Below are positions 46,428 through 56,917 of a stretch of DNA of 64,000 nucleotides, in pieces. The notes below the pieces were generated by a model, which worked only from the letters and a program-made list of their open reading frames with translations, did not search any database and was not told where the DNA came from. Position 1 is the first letter of the stretch. The number at the start of each line of letters is the position of its first letter. Position numbers and translations under genes: made by a program. Source of the stretch: Patescibacteria group bacterium (GTDB lineage: Bacteria; Patescibacteriota; Patescibacteriia; JBDRGY01); NCBI GenBank assembly GCA_043817315.1, contig JBDRGY010000016.1, positions 4,863-68,862 of the forward strand, read 5' to 3'.

Positions 46428-47225
46428 ATGCAATCAAAAGGCCTAATCACCATAGTCATTGTTATTGTCATCATTGTCATCGGGTTAGTCTTTTGGTACA
46501 CCCAAACCGGCGAAGAAACCATCACCAATACCAATACAAACACCACAACCAATAACAACACTGTCGCCAACACCAATGCAACTACTACGGGTTATATGGA
46601 TATTGATGCTGACGCTGCTTATGATCTGACCGGCACTATCTTGGACTTGGTAATTTTAGATGTTTCTCCCAATTTCGAAAGTGGTCATATAGTTAATGCG
46701 GTAAACTACTACGTGGGTGACGGTTCTTTGGATGCCGCCATTCCCACCCTAGACGAAGTAAAATCTTATTTGGTTTACTGTCATGTTGACAGTGCCTCTA
46801 TTTCCGGGGCCCAAAAATTAATAGAAGCTGGCTTTCCCAATGTCTATCGCTTAGTGGGCAATTATGCCGCTTGGGAAAATGCCGGTTATCCCATCTCCAT
46901 TCCTCTTGATGCCGTTGGTACGGTATCCGGAGATGCCCGGGCTGATGTTAGCTACTTTAATGGGACCTTTACCCATGCAGTTATGGCTGACATTCCAGAA
47001 CCGGCTGAGGGAAAATTCTACGAGGGTTGGTTAGTCCAAGGCACTGACTTCTTTTCTACTGGCCGACTGGAAAACGTTGGTGGTGATGAAGCGGTTTATT
47101 ACACTTTGCTGTACACGGCAACTGAAGATCAGCGCGCTTACAATGAAGTAGTCATTACCGAAGAGACGGAAAGTGCTGGCCTTGATGACAATCCGGAAAC
47201 TCATATTTTCGAAGGAACTTTCTAA
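46428..47225 (+). CDS. Membrane-anchored rhodanese-domain protein with Thr/Asn low-complexity linker
   Basis: TM helix. TNTNTNTTTNNNTVANTNATTTG linker. Rhodanese active-site loop YCHVDSASISG. Extended -10 TGcTATAAT upstream. Confidence 0.6.
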   Translation: MQSKGLITIVIVIVIIVIGLVFWYTQTGEETITNTNTNTTTNNNTVANTNATTTGYMDIDADAAYDLTGTILDLVILDVSPNFESGHIVNAVNYYVGDGSLDAAIPTLDEVKSYLVYCHVDSASISGAQKLIEAGFPNVYRLVGNYAAWENAGYPISIPLDAVGTVSGDARADVSYFNGTFTHAVMADIPEPAEGKFYEGWLVQGTDFFSTGRLENVGGDEAVYYTLLYTATEDQRAYNEVVITEETESAGLDDNPETHIFEGTF

Positions 47226-47279
47226 AAACGAAATAAACTAAAAAAGTCCGCTATTGCCTGACGGGCTTTTTTATTCCAT

Positions 47280-47903
47280 TCAATTAATGATTATTACTTC
47301 ACCGTCCTGCAGCGCTTTATGGGGAATTTTATACCTAATATAATATTTCACCAGCCGCTTTATGGCTGATGACTCAAAATGTTTAGACTTGTAATGGGGC
47401 GCAATGGAGAATTTAATTAGATTCAACCCTCGCCAAATTATTCTTTTTTGTCCGCGATAGGGTTTTTGTGAGGCATCATCAACCAACTCCAGCCCTTTCA
47501 AGCTTGGCGCCATTACACAGCCACCAGCGCTGTAGCCGCCGTATAATAAATCTTTAGATTTAGCATATTGCCTCAAGATATTATCCAGACCACTTAATCG
47601 CATTGCCTGCCGCAGCACGAAAACATTGCCGCCCCTGACCCAGAGCACACCGAACTGATCCATTTTCTGTTTTAGCTGCTTGGATTTCCCAAAGTATTTA
47701 CGCAAATCAATATTTTCTGCCTTAAGCCCAACTCTAGTCAATTGCATGCGGTCAAACTGTTCACTTTTCTTTCTTCTGGCCAGATCCTTGGAATAATCTA
47801 AGGCATTAGAAATATAAGCGGTTTTTCGATTGTCTTTAGGGATCAAAGACTTAAACCTCTTGGGTTGGCTGATTACCTTATAGGATGATAGGTAAAACTT
47901 CAT
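47280..47903 (-). CDS. Peptidase S51 (dipeptidase E / cyanophycinase-like)
   Basis: GGNVFVL and GYSAGG nucleophile-elbow motifs. Confidence 0.6.
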   Translation of the reverse strand: MKFYLSSYKVISQPKRFKSLIPKDNRKTAYISNALDYSKDLARRKKSEQFDRMQLTRVGLKAENIDLRKYFGKSKQLKQKMDQFGVLWVRGGNVFVLRQAMRLSGLDNILRQYAKSKDLLYGGYSAGGCVMAPSLKGLELVDDASQKPYRGQKRIIWRGLNLIKFSIAPHYKSKHFESSAIKRLVKYYIRYKIPHKALQDGEVIIIN

Positions 47904-47919
47904 GAAATGAATGACAGAT

Positions 47920-48777
47920 TTATTTTGTCGCTATAATTAATCCGGTAACACAGGTTTCGATGAATTTCCCTTTATTTTTGATCTGTCTTTTAACAAAATT
48001 ATCTACATCCTTCAAAACAAAACTCCAGGTTTCTTGATTTGGCGTCGGTGAGTAACTGTCTTTAAAAGTGGCGAAATATTGGGTGAACAATTCAGGCTTA
48101 TTTACCTTTCCCGTAGATAATGAGGTTTTAATATTTGAAAATTTTGATAGAAATCTCTTTACATTTTCGACATTAACGACATCTTTTCCATGTTCAGTTT
48201 TTAGTTTATATTTTTTACAGATAAGTTTTTCGCATTTACATAATTGGGGCTTATCCCTTCTTGAATTTAAGGTGATAATAAAAATCCCTCCCGGCTTTAA
48301 ACATCTATAAATTTCGTTAATTCCTTTTTGGACATGGGCCAAATGATATAACATGTGTTTGGCAACGATTATATCAAAATGATTGCTCTTAAAGTATAAA
48401 TTTTCGGCATCGCCCACTTTTAAACTGATATTCAATTTTTCTTTCGCATTTTGCTTTATTCCAGGCATTATAATCCCGCCTGATATGTCGATTCCATATA
48501 ATTCGCCTTTAAACCCCGTTTTTCTGATTTGGATCAGCAAATCACCGTTTCCGCAGCCGACATCCAAAACCCGTTTTGCTTCAACTTTTTTAATTATATC
48601 GATTATCTTGGTTCCGAATTGAACCCTTGGTTTGGCGAAACTATTAAATTTTTTTCTGAAAACAAGTTTAGAATCGTCTTTGTAGTGATGACTTTTGAGG
48701 TATTTTTTATTTACAAATTTTTGCATATTCTGGTAATCATATTCGGCGGAAACATTAGTTCCACTAGTTGGCAACAA
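47920..48777 (-). CDS. Class I SAM-dependent methyltransferase
   Basis: Motif I VLDVGCGNGDL. Post-I acidic residue. 285 aa. Confidence 0.8.
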   Translation of the reverse strand: MLPTSGTNVSAEYDYQNMQKFVNKKYLKSHHYKDDSKLVFRKKFNSFAKPRVQFGTKIIDIIKKVEAKRVLDVGCGNGDLLIQIRKTGFKGELYGIDISGGIIMPGIKQNAKEKLNISLKVGDAENLYFKSNHFDIIVAKHMLYHLAHVQKGINEIYRCLKPGGIFIITLNSRRDKPQLCKCEKLICKKYKLKTEHGKDVVNVENVKRFLSKFSNIKTSLSTGKVNKPELFTQYFATFKDSYSPTPNQETWSFVLKDVDNFVKRQIKNKGKFIETCVTGLIIATK

Positions 48778-48779
48778 AG

Positions 48780-48866
48780 CGGAGAGGGAGGGATTTGAAC
48801 CCTCGAGACCCTTGCGAGCCTACTTGCTTTCCAAGCAAGCGCACTAGACCACTATGCGACCTCTCC
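48780..48866 (-). tRNA. tRNA-Ser (anticodon GGA), type II
   Basis: ggagagg-tc-gca-tagtggtctag-tgc-g-cttgc-ttGGAaa-gcaag-long variable arm-gaggg-ttcaaat-ccctc-cctctcc-g. Confidence 0.8.
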
Positions 48867-48894
48867 GCTCTGTTGCCAAATTATTAATAAACAC

Positions 48895-48922
48895 GCATTA
48901 GACCACTATGCGACCTTTCCGC
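48895..48922 (-). repeat. Partial duplicate of the tRNA-Ser 5' region (acceptor 5' strand + D-arm) about 30 nt upstream of the tRNA
   Basis: gcattagaccactatgcgacctttccgc versus gcactagaccactatgcgacctctccgc (26/28 nt). Confidence 0.4.
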
Positions 48923-49048
48923 GATGTTATTATAGCATAATAAATACAGGCCAAAAGTCAAAGGTTTGACAAAATTTATCACTGAAACTAAAATAAGGGC
49001 AGCTCAATCACCAGGAAAAAACTGCAGTTGGCCATAGGGGAGGTAATC

Positions 49049-49297
49049 ATGTTGGTTTTTCTCAAAGCAGACGCGACCTGGGAAGATCGCAAAGGCCTCA
49101 GGCAGCAGTTGACCAGATGTACCGTTAGCGGTGAAGTGGTTCCTCTGCGTGACGGTCGTTTCGGCTATGCCCTGGAGCATATGCGTCGTGGGCCCACTCC
49201 GGAAGAACTGGACTTCCTAGAGGGACTTCCCCAGGTTGACCACGTTGAACTAGGACAATGGCCTGATCCCAGGCCCCAGACAGTCAGGAGGACCTAA
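49049..49297 (+). CDS. GC-rich small protein, possible stand-alone ACT/RAM-like domain (paralog of the next gene)
   Basis: 82 aa. GGGGAGG RBS 5 nt upstream. Pattern ML..AD...QLT..VS...F...L...P.V..V shared with 49297..49527. Confidence 0.35.
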   Translation: MLVFLKADATWEDRKGLRQQLTRCTVSGEVVPLRDGRFGYALEHMRRGPTPEELDFLEGLPQVDHVELGQWPDPRPQTVRRT

Positions 49298-49527
49298 TGC
49301 TGATTCAAACGGTGACCGGAGCTGATACGGCCCTGGTTGAGCAGTCAGTCAGGCAACTGACCCAACACGGTGCCGTCAGCTGTTGCGGCAGCAATGTCAA
49401 GATCGACCTGGGTGATTCTGCCTTTTCGGCCAGTTTCCTCAGAGACCTGGAGTCGATCCCCGGAGTCACCTGTGTCCAGGTGGAAGAGGGCGAAGACGCC
49501 AACTACTGCCGCATGGGTGACGACTAG
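49297..49527 (+). CDS. GC-rich small protein, possible stand-alone ACT/RAM-like domain
   Basis: 76 aa. AGGAGG RBS. TAATG stop-start overlap with the previous gene. ...FLRDLESIPGVTCVQV resembles the AsnC-type RAM C-terminus. Confidence 0.35.
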   Translation: MLIQTVTGADTALVEQSVRQLTQHGAVSCCGSNVKIDLGDSAFSASFLRDLESIPGVTCVQVEEGEDANYCRMGDD

Positions 49528-49585
49528 ATCTTTCGAGCTTGGGGAGAGCGAGTTTACTCTCCCCCATTTTATTCCTCACAAATTT

Positions 49586-50641
49586 ATGATAACCCGAGTC
49601 AAAACCAAAGTAATCAAAATCGGTCAACAAGCAATCGGAGGCAACCATCCGGTTCTAGTTCAATCCATGTGCAATACAGACACCAGAAATGTTGCCAGCA
49701 CTGTCAAGCAAATCCGGGAATTACAACAAGCGGGGTGTGAAATTGTCCGAGTAGCTGTTTTGAACCTGGCTACGGCTCAGAAACTGGGTCAGATTAAGCA
49801 GAAGATCCAGATTCCCTTGGTAGCTGATATTCATTTTGATTATAAATTGGCTTTGGAGGCTATCAAGCAAGGTGTTGATAAGATCCGAATCAATCCTGGT
49901 AATATCGGATCTGCTGATAAGATAAAAATGGTGGTTGAGGCTGCTAAAAAGAACCATGTTCCTATCCGCATTGGCGTTAACTCTGGCTCAGTCGAAAAGC
50001 GAATTCTCCAGAAGTATAAAAATAAAGCCACCCCTCAAGCCATGGTGGAGTCAGCTCTGTATCACGTCAAGCTTTTAGAGAAATTTAACTTCAAAGATAT
50101 CGTTATTTCCCTGAAAGCCTCTGATGTCAATCGCACTATTGCCGCTTACCAATTAATTTCTAAGAAAGTTAATTATCCTCTGCACCTTGGTATAACCGAA
50201 GCCGGCACTAAATGGATGGGCACCATTAAATCAGCTATTGGTATCGGCGCTTTGCTTAATCAGGGGATTGGCGATACTATCCGGGTTTCTTTAACAGCTA
50301 ATCCTGTGGAGGAAGTTAAAGTAGCCTGGGAAATCCTCAAAGATTTGGGGCTAAGAAAACGGGGCCGCATGTTGATTTCTTGCCCCACTTGTGGCCGCAC
50401 CCAGATTAACCTAATCCCTTTGGCTCAGAAAGTGGAAGAGGCTACGGCTAATATAGAAAAGCCGATTACGGTTGCTGTGATGGGTTGTATTGTCAACGGA
50501 CCAGGCGAAGCCAGAGAGGCTGATCTGGGAATTGCCGGTGGTAAAGATGTGGGTGTTCTCTTTAAAAAAGGAAAAGTGCTAAGAACAGTCAAAGAAAAAG
50601 ATTTACTAAAAGAATTATTGAAAGAGATTAAGAAAATATAA
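49586..50641 (+). CDS. ispG: 4-hydroxy-3-methylbut-2-enyl diphosphate synthase (IspG/GcpE)
   Basis: RINPGNIG motif. TIM-barrel and C-terminal 4Fe-4S Cys (CPTCGRT, MGCIVNGPGE). ATG at 49586. The track ORF start at 49370 is an upstream in-frame extension. Confidence 0.9.
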   Translation: MITRVKTKVIKIGQQAIGGNHPVLVQSMCNTDTRNVASTVKQIRELQQAGCEIVRVAVLNLATAQKLGQIKQKIQIPLVADIHFDYKLALEAIKQGVDKIRINPGNIGSADKIKMVVEAAKKNHVPIRIGVNSGSVEKRILQKYKNKATPQAMVESALYHVKLLEKFNFKDIVISLKASDVNRTIAAYQLISKKVNYPLHLGITEAGTKWMGTIKSAIGIGALLNQGIGDTIRVSLTANPVEEVKVAWEILKDLGLRKRGRMLISCPTCGRTQINLIPLAQKVEEATANIEKPITVAVMGCIVNGPGEAREADLGIAGGKDVGVLFKKGKVLRTVKEKDLLKELLKEIKKI

Positions 50642-50657
50642 TTTCAAGATAAAAAAT

Positions 50658-50686
50658 GAGGGCGGTAATATATCGCCCTCTTTGTT
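50658..50686 (+). terminator. Rho-independent terminator after ispG
   Basis: gagggcg-gtaatatat-cgccctc followed by tttgtt. Confidence 0.6.
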
Positions 50687-50693
50687 ATGCCCC

Positions 50694-50963
50694 TTACCAG
50701 TTAGTACTTGAGGCGCTCTCGAATGTCTCCACCAGAGTTTCCCCTGACCCGGCCATTATCTCCACGGTACGAGGACCAGTGGAAACAGCTTGAATGATCG
50801 AATTGGGCGGATAATGCTGGGCCAGCATCTCCATAGAACCAACGGTAAACGTCTCGTTGCGATTCAGGATAGCTACGAAACCGTCCCGGCGCGCCTCTAC
50901 CCAGCAAGTTATTCCTTCGGGCAGATGGGGCTTGATCAAGGCCTGAATTTCCAGAGCTTCCAT
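50694..50963 (-). CDS. GC-rich small hypothetical protein (second of a coupled pair)
   Basis: 89 aa. ATG overlaps the upstream gene's stop by 1 nt. RBS present. Confidence 0.35.
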   Translation of the reverse strand: MEALEIQALIKPHLPEGITCWVEARRDGFVAILNRNETFTVGSMEMLAQHYPPNSIIQAVSTGPRTVEIMAGSGETLVETFESASSTNW

Positions 50964-51277
50964 TATTTCTTTCCTTTCCGGCCAAAGGCCTTCTCCACTC
51001 CCCTGACAATGACCGACAGGTTACGTGCCCTGATCTCGAAGCGGGCTCTGCCCACTGCCTTGACCCCAAACTGGTCCTTATGGCCGAAATGAGAGCGCAT
51101 CCGCTCTCTAAGATCATGGCTGTGACTAGGCACATTGATAACTATCCTGGTCAAATCAGGACCAGTTGCAGTTATTCTAGCTCTCTTGGTGAAAGGATCA
51201 GGCCAGCCAAACTCTGCGCCCAGGGCCGCTTCAATCCTACCGATGGCCTCACCCTTAGACAGCTGCTTTTTGGACAC
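50963..51277 (-). CDS. GC-rich small basic hypothetical protein (first of a coupled pair)
   Basis: 104 aa. GTG start with AAGGAGGG RBS. Near-consensus promoter TTGACA-N17-TATGAT upstream (51322..51350). Confidence 0.35.
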   Translation of the reverse strand: MSKKQLSKGEAIGRIEAALGAEFGWPDPFTKRARITATGPDLTRIVINVPSHSHDLRERMRSHFGHKDQFGVKAVGRARFEIRARNLSVIVRGVEKAFGRKGKK

Positions 51278-51321
51278 CGTACCCTCCTTGACTGATGTCC
51301 TCGGTTAATGAACAATTAAGT

Positions 51322-51350
51322 TATCATATTGTTTCTTATTTTCTTTGTCA
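51322..51350 (-). promoter_or_regulatory. Sigma-70 promoter for the small-gene pair
   Basis: Minus-strand TTGACA (51345-51350), 17-nt spacer, TATGAT (51322-51327). Confidence 0.55.
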
Positions 51351-51357
51351 AATAAAA

Positions 51358-51383
51358 CACCCCCCGCTCATAGCGGGGGGTGT
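51358..51383. terminator. Strong GC hairpin terminator downstream of ppsA (bidirectional)
   Basis: caccccccgc-tcat-agcggggggtg flanked by T-runs on both strands. Confidence 0.6.
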
Positions 51384-51395
51384 TTTCAGTAATGG

Positions 51396-53804
51396 TTATT
51401 TTTTGTTCTTTTTCATTTTTGATATTAATAATGTAGTCTTAATTACAGTATCAGGGTTTAGAGAAATACTGTCAATACCACACTCCACCAGAAATTTAGC
51501 AAACTCCGGATAGTCTGATGGAGCTTGGCCACAAAGACCGATTTTACGATTGTATTTGTGGGCGGTATCAATCACCTGTTTTACTAAATCTTTGACCGCT
51601 TTATTCCTTTCATCATAAACATGAGCTACCAGGGCCGAATCTCGATCAACCCCCAGAGTTAACTGAGTTAAATCATTGGTGCCTATGGAAAAGCCGTCAA
51701 AGATCTTGGCAAATTGCTCGGCCAATATCACATTGGAGGGAATCTCACACATTACATATAACTCTAAACCGTCTTTGCCCCTAACTAAGCCGTGTTTTTT
51801 CATTTCAGCAATCACTAATTTTCCTTCGGTAATCGTCCGGCAAAACGGTACCATTATTTTAACGTTGGTTAGGCCCATTTCTTCTCTGACTTTACGCAGG
51901 GCTTTACATTCCAGAGCAAAACCGGCCTTGAAGTTTTCATCATAATAGCGGGAAGCACCACGCCAGCCGATCATCGGGTTTTGTTCTTCGGGTTCGAAGT
52001 ATTTACCACCGATCAGATTAGCGTATTCATTGGTCTTAAAATCAGACAAGCGGACAATTACATCCTTGGGATAAAAGGCGGCTCCGATCATGGCAATGCC
52101 TTGGGCTAGTTTGTCAATAAAATACTTTTTCTTATCTTTGTAGCCCTTAGTCAACTGAAGGATTTCCTTTTTCTCCTTGGCTGATTTGACTTTGTTAAAG
52201 TGAATCAAAGCCATCGGGTGAATCTGGATGTAGGAATTGATGATAAATTCTTCCCGGGCCAAACCGACTCCCTGGTTAGGTATAAAGGAAGAATCAAAAG
52301 CAATGTCCGGAGAGCCTAAATTCATCATTATTTGGGTTTTGGTCTTTTTGATTCCTTTTAGGTTGGTCTTTTTTATATTAACCTTGGCCTTTCCTTCGTA
52401 TATAAAGCCGTTTTCTCCCTCAGCACAGGAAACGGTAACTGTCTGACCCGGCTTTATTTGGCGGGAGGCATTTTCTGTCCCCACGATACAGGGAATACCC
52501 AATTCTCTAGAAACAATAGCGGCGTGACAAGTTCTGCCTCCTTTGTCGGTAACTATTCCGGCCGCTATTTTCATAATCGGTTCCCAGTCCGGATCAGTCA
52601 TTTCGGTCACTAGGATCTGGCCTTTTTTAAATTTATGGATGTCTCTAACGCTTTTAATAACATTGGCCACTCCCGAAGCTACTTTGGTTCCAACCGGCGC
52701 ACCTTTAGCTAGAATCTTTCCTTTGCTCAAAACAGAATACTCCTCTAAGATATTGTAGTTTCTTTGTGACTGAACCGTTTCTGGCCGCGCCTGCACGATA
52801 TACATCTTACCGGATTGACCATCTTTGGCCCATTCCATGTCCATTGGCTTTTGGTAATGATTCTCGATAATGACCGCCCATTTGGCCAGATTTAAAACTT
52901 CCTGATCAGTCAGCATAAATTGAGCTTGCATTAGTTTAGACACAGGTACATTCTTGGTGGGCTCTTTGGGATCATCGCTATAAATCATTTTGATTCGCTT
53001 GCGGCCGATCCGTTTAGAAATTATCGGTTTATATTTATCCAAAGTTGGTTTAAAAACATAATACTCATCCGGATTAACTGCTCCTTGGACAATGTTTTCA
53101 CCCAAACCGTAAGCAGCATTGATTAATACCGCATTCTCAAAACCCGTCTCTGTATCGATCGAAAACATCACCCCAGAGCCAGCTTTGTCTGACCTGACCA
53201 TTTTCTGGATACCGATTGATAGACCAATCTTGAAGTGATCAAAGCCCTTATCTTCTCTGTAGGAGATAGCCCGGTTGGTAAATAAGCTGGCAAAACACTT
53301 GCGGCAAGCTAGCAGCAAATTCTGGGCTCCCCGGATATTTAGATAGGTTTCCTGCTGTCCGGCAAAAGAGGCATCCGGCAAATCTTCGGCTGTGGCCGAA
53401 GAACGAACAGCCACATCCACGTTTTTACCGTACTGCTTTTCCAACTGGCGATATGCTTTGATAATTGCCTCCTCCAGTTCTTTGGGCAAAGGTGCTTTGA
53501 GGATAATCTGGCGCACCGCTCGGCCCCTGCTCATCAGGTTCTTCAAATCGTGAGTATTTAGATCCTTGAGGATATCTTTAATCTGCTGGGCTATCTTGGC
53601 TTTTTTCAGTAAATAAAAATAGGCATAAGCCGTTACGGCATAGCCGTTGGGAATCAATACGCCTTTGGGCACCAAATAACTGTACATTTCTCCTAAAGAG
53701 GCGTTTTTACCTCCCACCAGGGACACATCTTTATTGTCTGTTTCCGAGAACCAGAGGATAAATTTTTTCTTCTTGGATAGTATGGCTTTCTTTGATTTGG
53801 TCAT
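51396..53804 (-). CDS. ppsA: Phosphoenolpyruvate synthase (pyruvate, water dikinase)
   Basis: 802 aa. N-terminal ATP-grasp/pyruvate phosphate dikinase domain. Phosphohistidine swivel GGRTCHAAIVSRELGIPCIVG. C-terminal PEP-utilising TIM barrel. Confidence 0.9.
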   Translation of the reverse strand: MTKSKKAILSKKKKFILWFSETDNKDVSLVGGKNASLGEMYSYLVPKGVLIPNGYAVTAYAYFYLLKKAKIAQQIKDILKDLNTHDLKNLMSRGRAVRQIILKAPLPKELEEAIIKAYRQLEKQYGKNVDVAVRSSATAEDLPDASFAGQQETYLNIRGAQNLLLACRKCFASLFTNRAISYREDKGFDHFKIGLSIGIQKMVRSDKAGSGVMFSIDTETGFENAVLINAAYGLGENIVQGAVNPDEYYVFKPTLDKYKPIISKRIGRKRIKMIYSDDPKEPTKNVPVSKLMQAQFMLTDQEVLNLAKWAVIIENHYQKPMDMEWAKDGQSGKMYIVQARPETVQSQRNYNILEEYSVLSKGKILAKGAPVGTKVASGVANVIKSVRDIHKFKKGQILVTEMTDPDWEPIMKIAAGIVTDKGGRTCHAAIVSRELGIPCIVGTENASRQIKPGQTVTVSCAEGENGFIYEGKAKVNIKKTNLKGIKKTKTQIMMNLGSPDIAFDSSFIPNQGVGLAREEFIINSYIQIHPMALIHFNKVKSAKEKKEILQLTKGYKDKKKYFIDKLAQGIAMIGAAFYPKDVIVRLSDFKTNEYANLIGGKYFEPEEQNPMIGWRGASRYYDENFKAGFALECKALRKVREEMGLTNVKIMVPFCRTITEGKLVIAEMKKHGLVRGKDGLELYVMCEIPSNVILAEQFAKIFDGFSIGTNDLTQLTLGVDRDSALVAHVYDERNKAVKDLVKQVIDTAHKYNRKIGLCGQAPSDYPEFAKFLVECGIDSISLNPDTVIKTTLLISKMKKNKK

Positions 53805-53919
53805 GGAAATTTTTGTATTAGTGAATTAATTTGGTTTAATTATAAACTAAATTAAGACTTTAAACAAACCAAAAGCTCGCAAACCGAAATGATTACGAGC
53901 TTGGTTCTTATGTTGACGA

Positions 53920-54243
53920 TTAAATGTTCAACTTCTTGGCGAACTGACCGATCAGCGGCATCTCCCAGTAGTTGCCTTGCAACGCCTGCAAAATTCCCAT
54001 GATGGCCAGAATAATAGTTCCCAGAGAAAGCAGCCAGCCAATGAACGGGATCCAGAACAAGAAGGCCAATATCACTTCCACGATGAAGAGAATCAGACCT
54101 TGCTTGGCATGGTGCTGGGCGAACTTGCTGTCTCTCTTTAGAAGCAGCGGAACAAAGCAAAGAATCCAGATGTAGCCGATAGCGGCAATCGTCTTGTTCT
54201 CTTCGATGTCATCGCCTCCTTTTTTGGGTTTGTCGTCGGGCAT
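53920..54243 (-). CDS. DUF4870-like small membrane protein
   Basis: 107 aa. Two TM helices with conserved HAKQGLILFIVE segment. Confidence 0.55.
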   Translation of the reverse strand: MPDDKPKKGGDDIEENKTIAAIGYIWILCFVPLLLKRDSKFAQHHAKQGLILFIVEVILAFLFWIPFIGWLLSLGTIILAIMGILQALQGNYWEMPLIGQFAKKLNI

Positions 54244-54267
54244 AAAGCACCTCCTTTAATAACAAAT

Positions 54268-54780
54268 TTATTTTTTATAATTGACTCTTTTAACTAAAGA
54301 AGATAGGTACGTGTCTTTTTTACCGGATGCGGGTTGGCTTTTGGTCAGAGATAAGATCAGATGAAGCAGCCAGACTACCACCAGGCCCAGGATACCCGTT
54401 CTCACCGGCTCGGCAATCAGATTGAATATCAAATAAACTTTCCTGAAATAGATAATTTTGAAGATGGCGATCAATAGCCCGATCAGCACCCCCATCATGG
54501 CTGCGGCTGTTCCCGCTTCCGTAAAGGAATCTCTGCGCCTCAGGTAAATGGCCCAGCCCACATAGATAAATGAAACTACATTGATAATCCAGAAAAAATA
54601 TACTTTAACTTCGAAAACTATCATCACTGCCTCAGCAATAGTTACCACAATAATCGGTAAAAGAATAATCCCCAAATAGTAATCAAAATTCTTGCCTCCC
54701 ACCAACTGAGCTGGTTTTTTCTCTTTAGGACGATATTCTTTCATATGTATCAGTATACAACTATTTAAGGTGTAAATCAA
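54268..54780 (-). CDS. Hypothetical 4-TM membrane protein
   Basis: 170 aa hydrophobic. Confidence 0.4.
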   Translation of the reverse strand: MIYTLNSCILIHMKEYRPKEKKPAQLVGGKNFDYYLGIILLPIIVVTIAEAVMIVFEVKVYFFWIINVVSFIYVGWAIYLRRRDSFTEAGTAAAMMGVLIGLLIAIFKIIYFRKVYLIFNLIAEPVRTGILGLVVVWLLHLILSLTKSQPASGKKDTYLSSLVKRVNYKK

Positions 54781-54833
54781 AAGCGCCCCATCGCATGATA
54801 GAGCACTTTTGTATCGATATCTTTACGCTTCTA

Positions 54834-56486
<1,653 letters not shown>

Positions 56487-56499
56487 TTATAATTTTAAA

Positions 56500-56787
56500 C
56501 TAATATTTAGCTAAAATATCCTCTTGCTTGATAATCAGCAGCTCCTCGTCATCAACCTTAATCTCATCCGGACCGTATTTGGCAAAGATTACTTGGTCAC
56601 CCGTTTTAAGATTCATGGGCACTCTTTTGCCGTCATCGGTTAATTTGCCTTCGCCTACTGCTACTACTTCGCCCTTCTCCGGCTTCTCTTTTTCTGCAGT
56701 ATCAGGCAAAACAATGCCGGATTTGGTTACTTCGTCTTCCTTAATCGGTCTGATTAAAACTCGATCTCCTAGAGGTTGAATTTGCAT
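56500..56787 (-). CDS. groES: Co-chaperonin GroES (Cpn10)
   Basis: 95 aa. Mobile-loop and roof hairpin pattern. Directly upstream of groEL. Confidence 0.95.
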   Translation of the reverse strand: MQIQPLGDRVLIRPIKEDEVTKSGIVLPDTAEKEKPEKGEVVAVGEGKLTDDGKRVPMNLKTGDQVIFAKYGPDEIKVDDEELLIIKQEDILAKY

Positions 56788-56816
56788 ATATTCCTTAGAT
56801 TAATGATTTTTAGCTA

Positions 56817-56843
56817 TTAGCACTCCCCTATATTGAGTGCTAA
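56817..56843. promoter_or_regulatory. CIRCE element (HrcA operator) upstream of groES
   Basis: TTAGCACTC-ccctatatt-GAGTGCTAA, perfect 9-N9-9 inverted repeat. Confidence 0.8.
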
Positions 56844-56917
56844 TTTATAGTTTTTTCATTATAGGTTACTGAAAAGGGGGCGTCAAGCCCCCAATCCCCT
56901 ATTATTTATCCACAGGT

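Noticed and set aside
49370-49585. N-terminal 72-aa extension of the ispG ORF in the track
   Set aside because: The extension is GC-rich and Pro/Ser/Trp-rich, overlaps the better-supported small gene 49297..49527 in another frame, and the conserved IspG sequence begins at the ATG at 49586.
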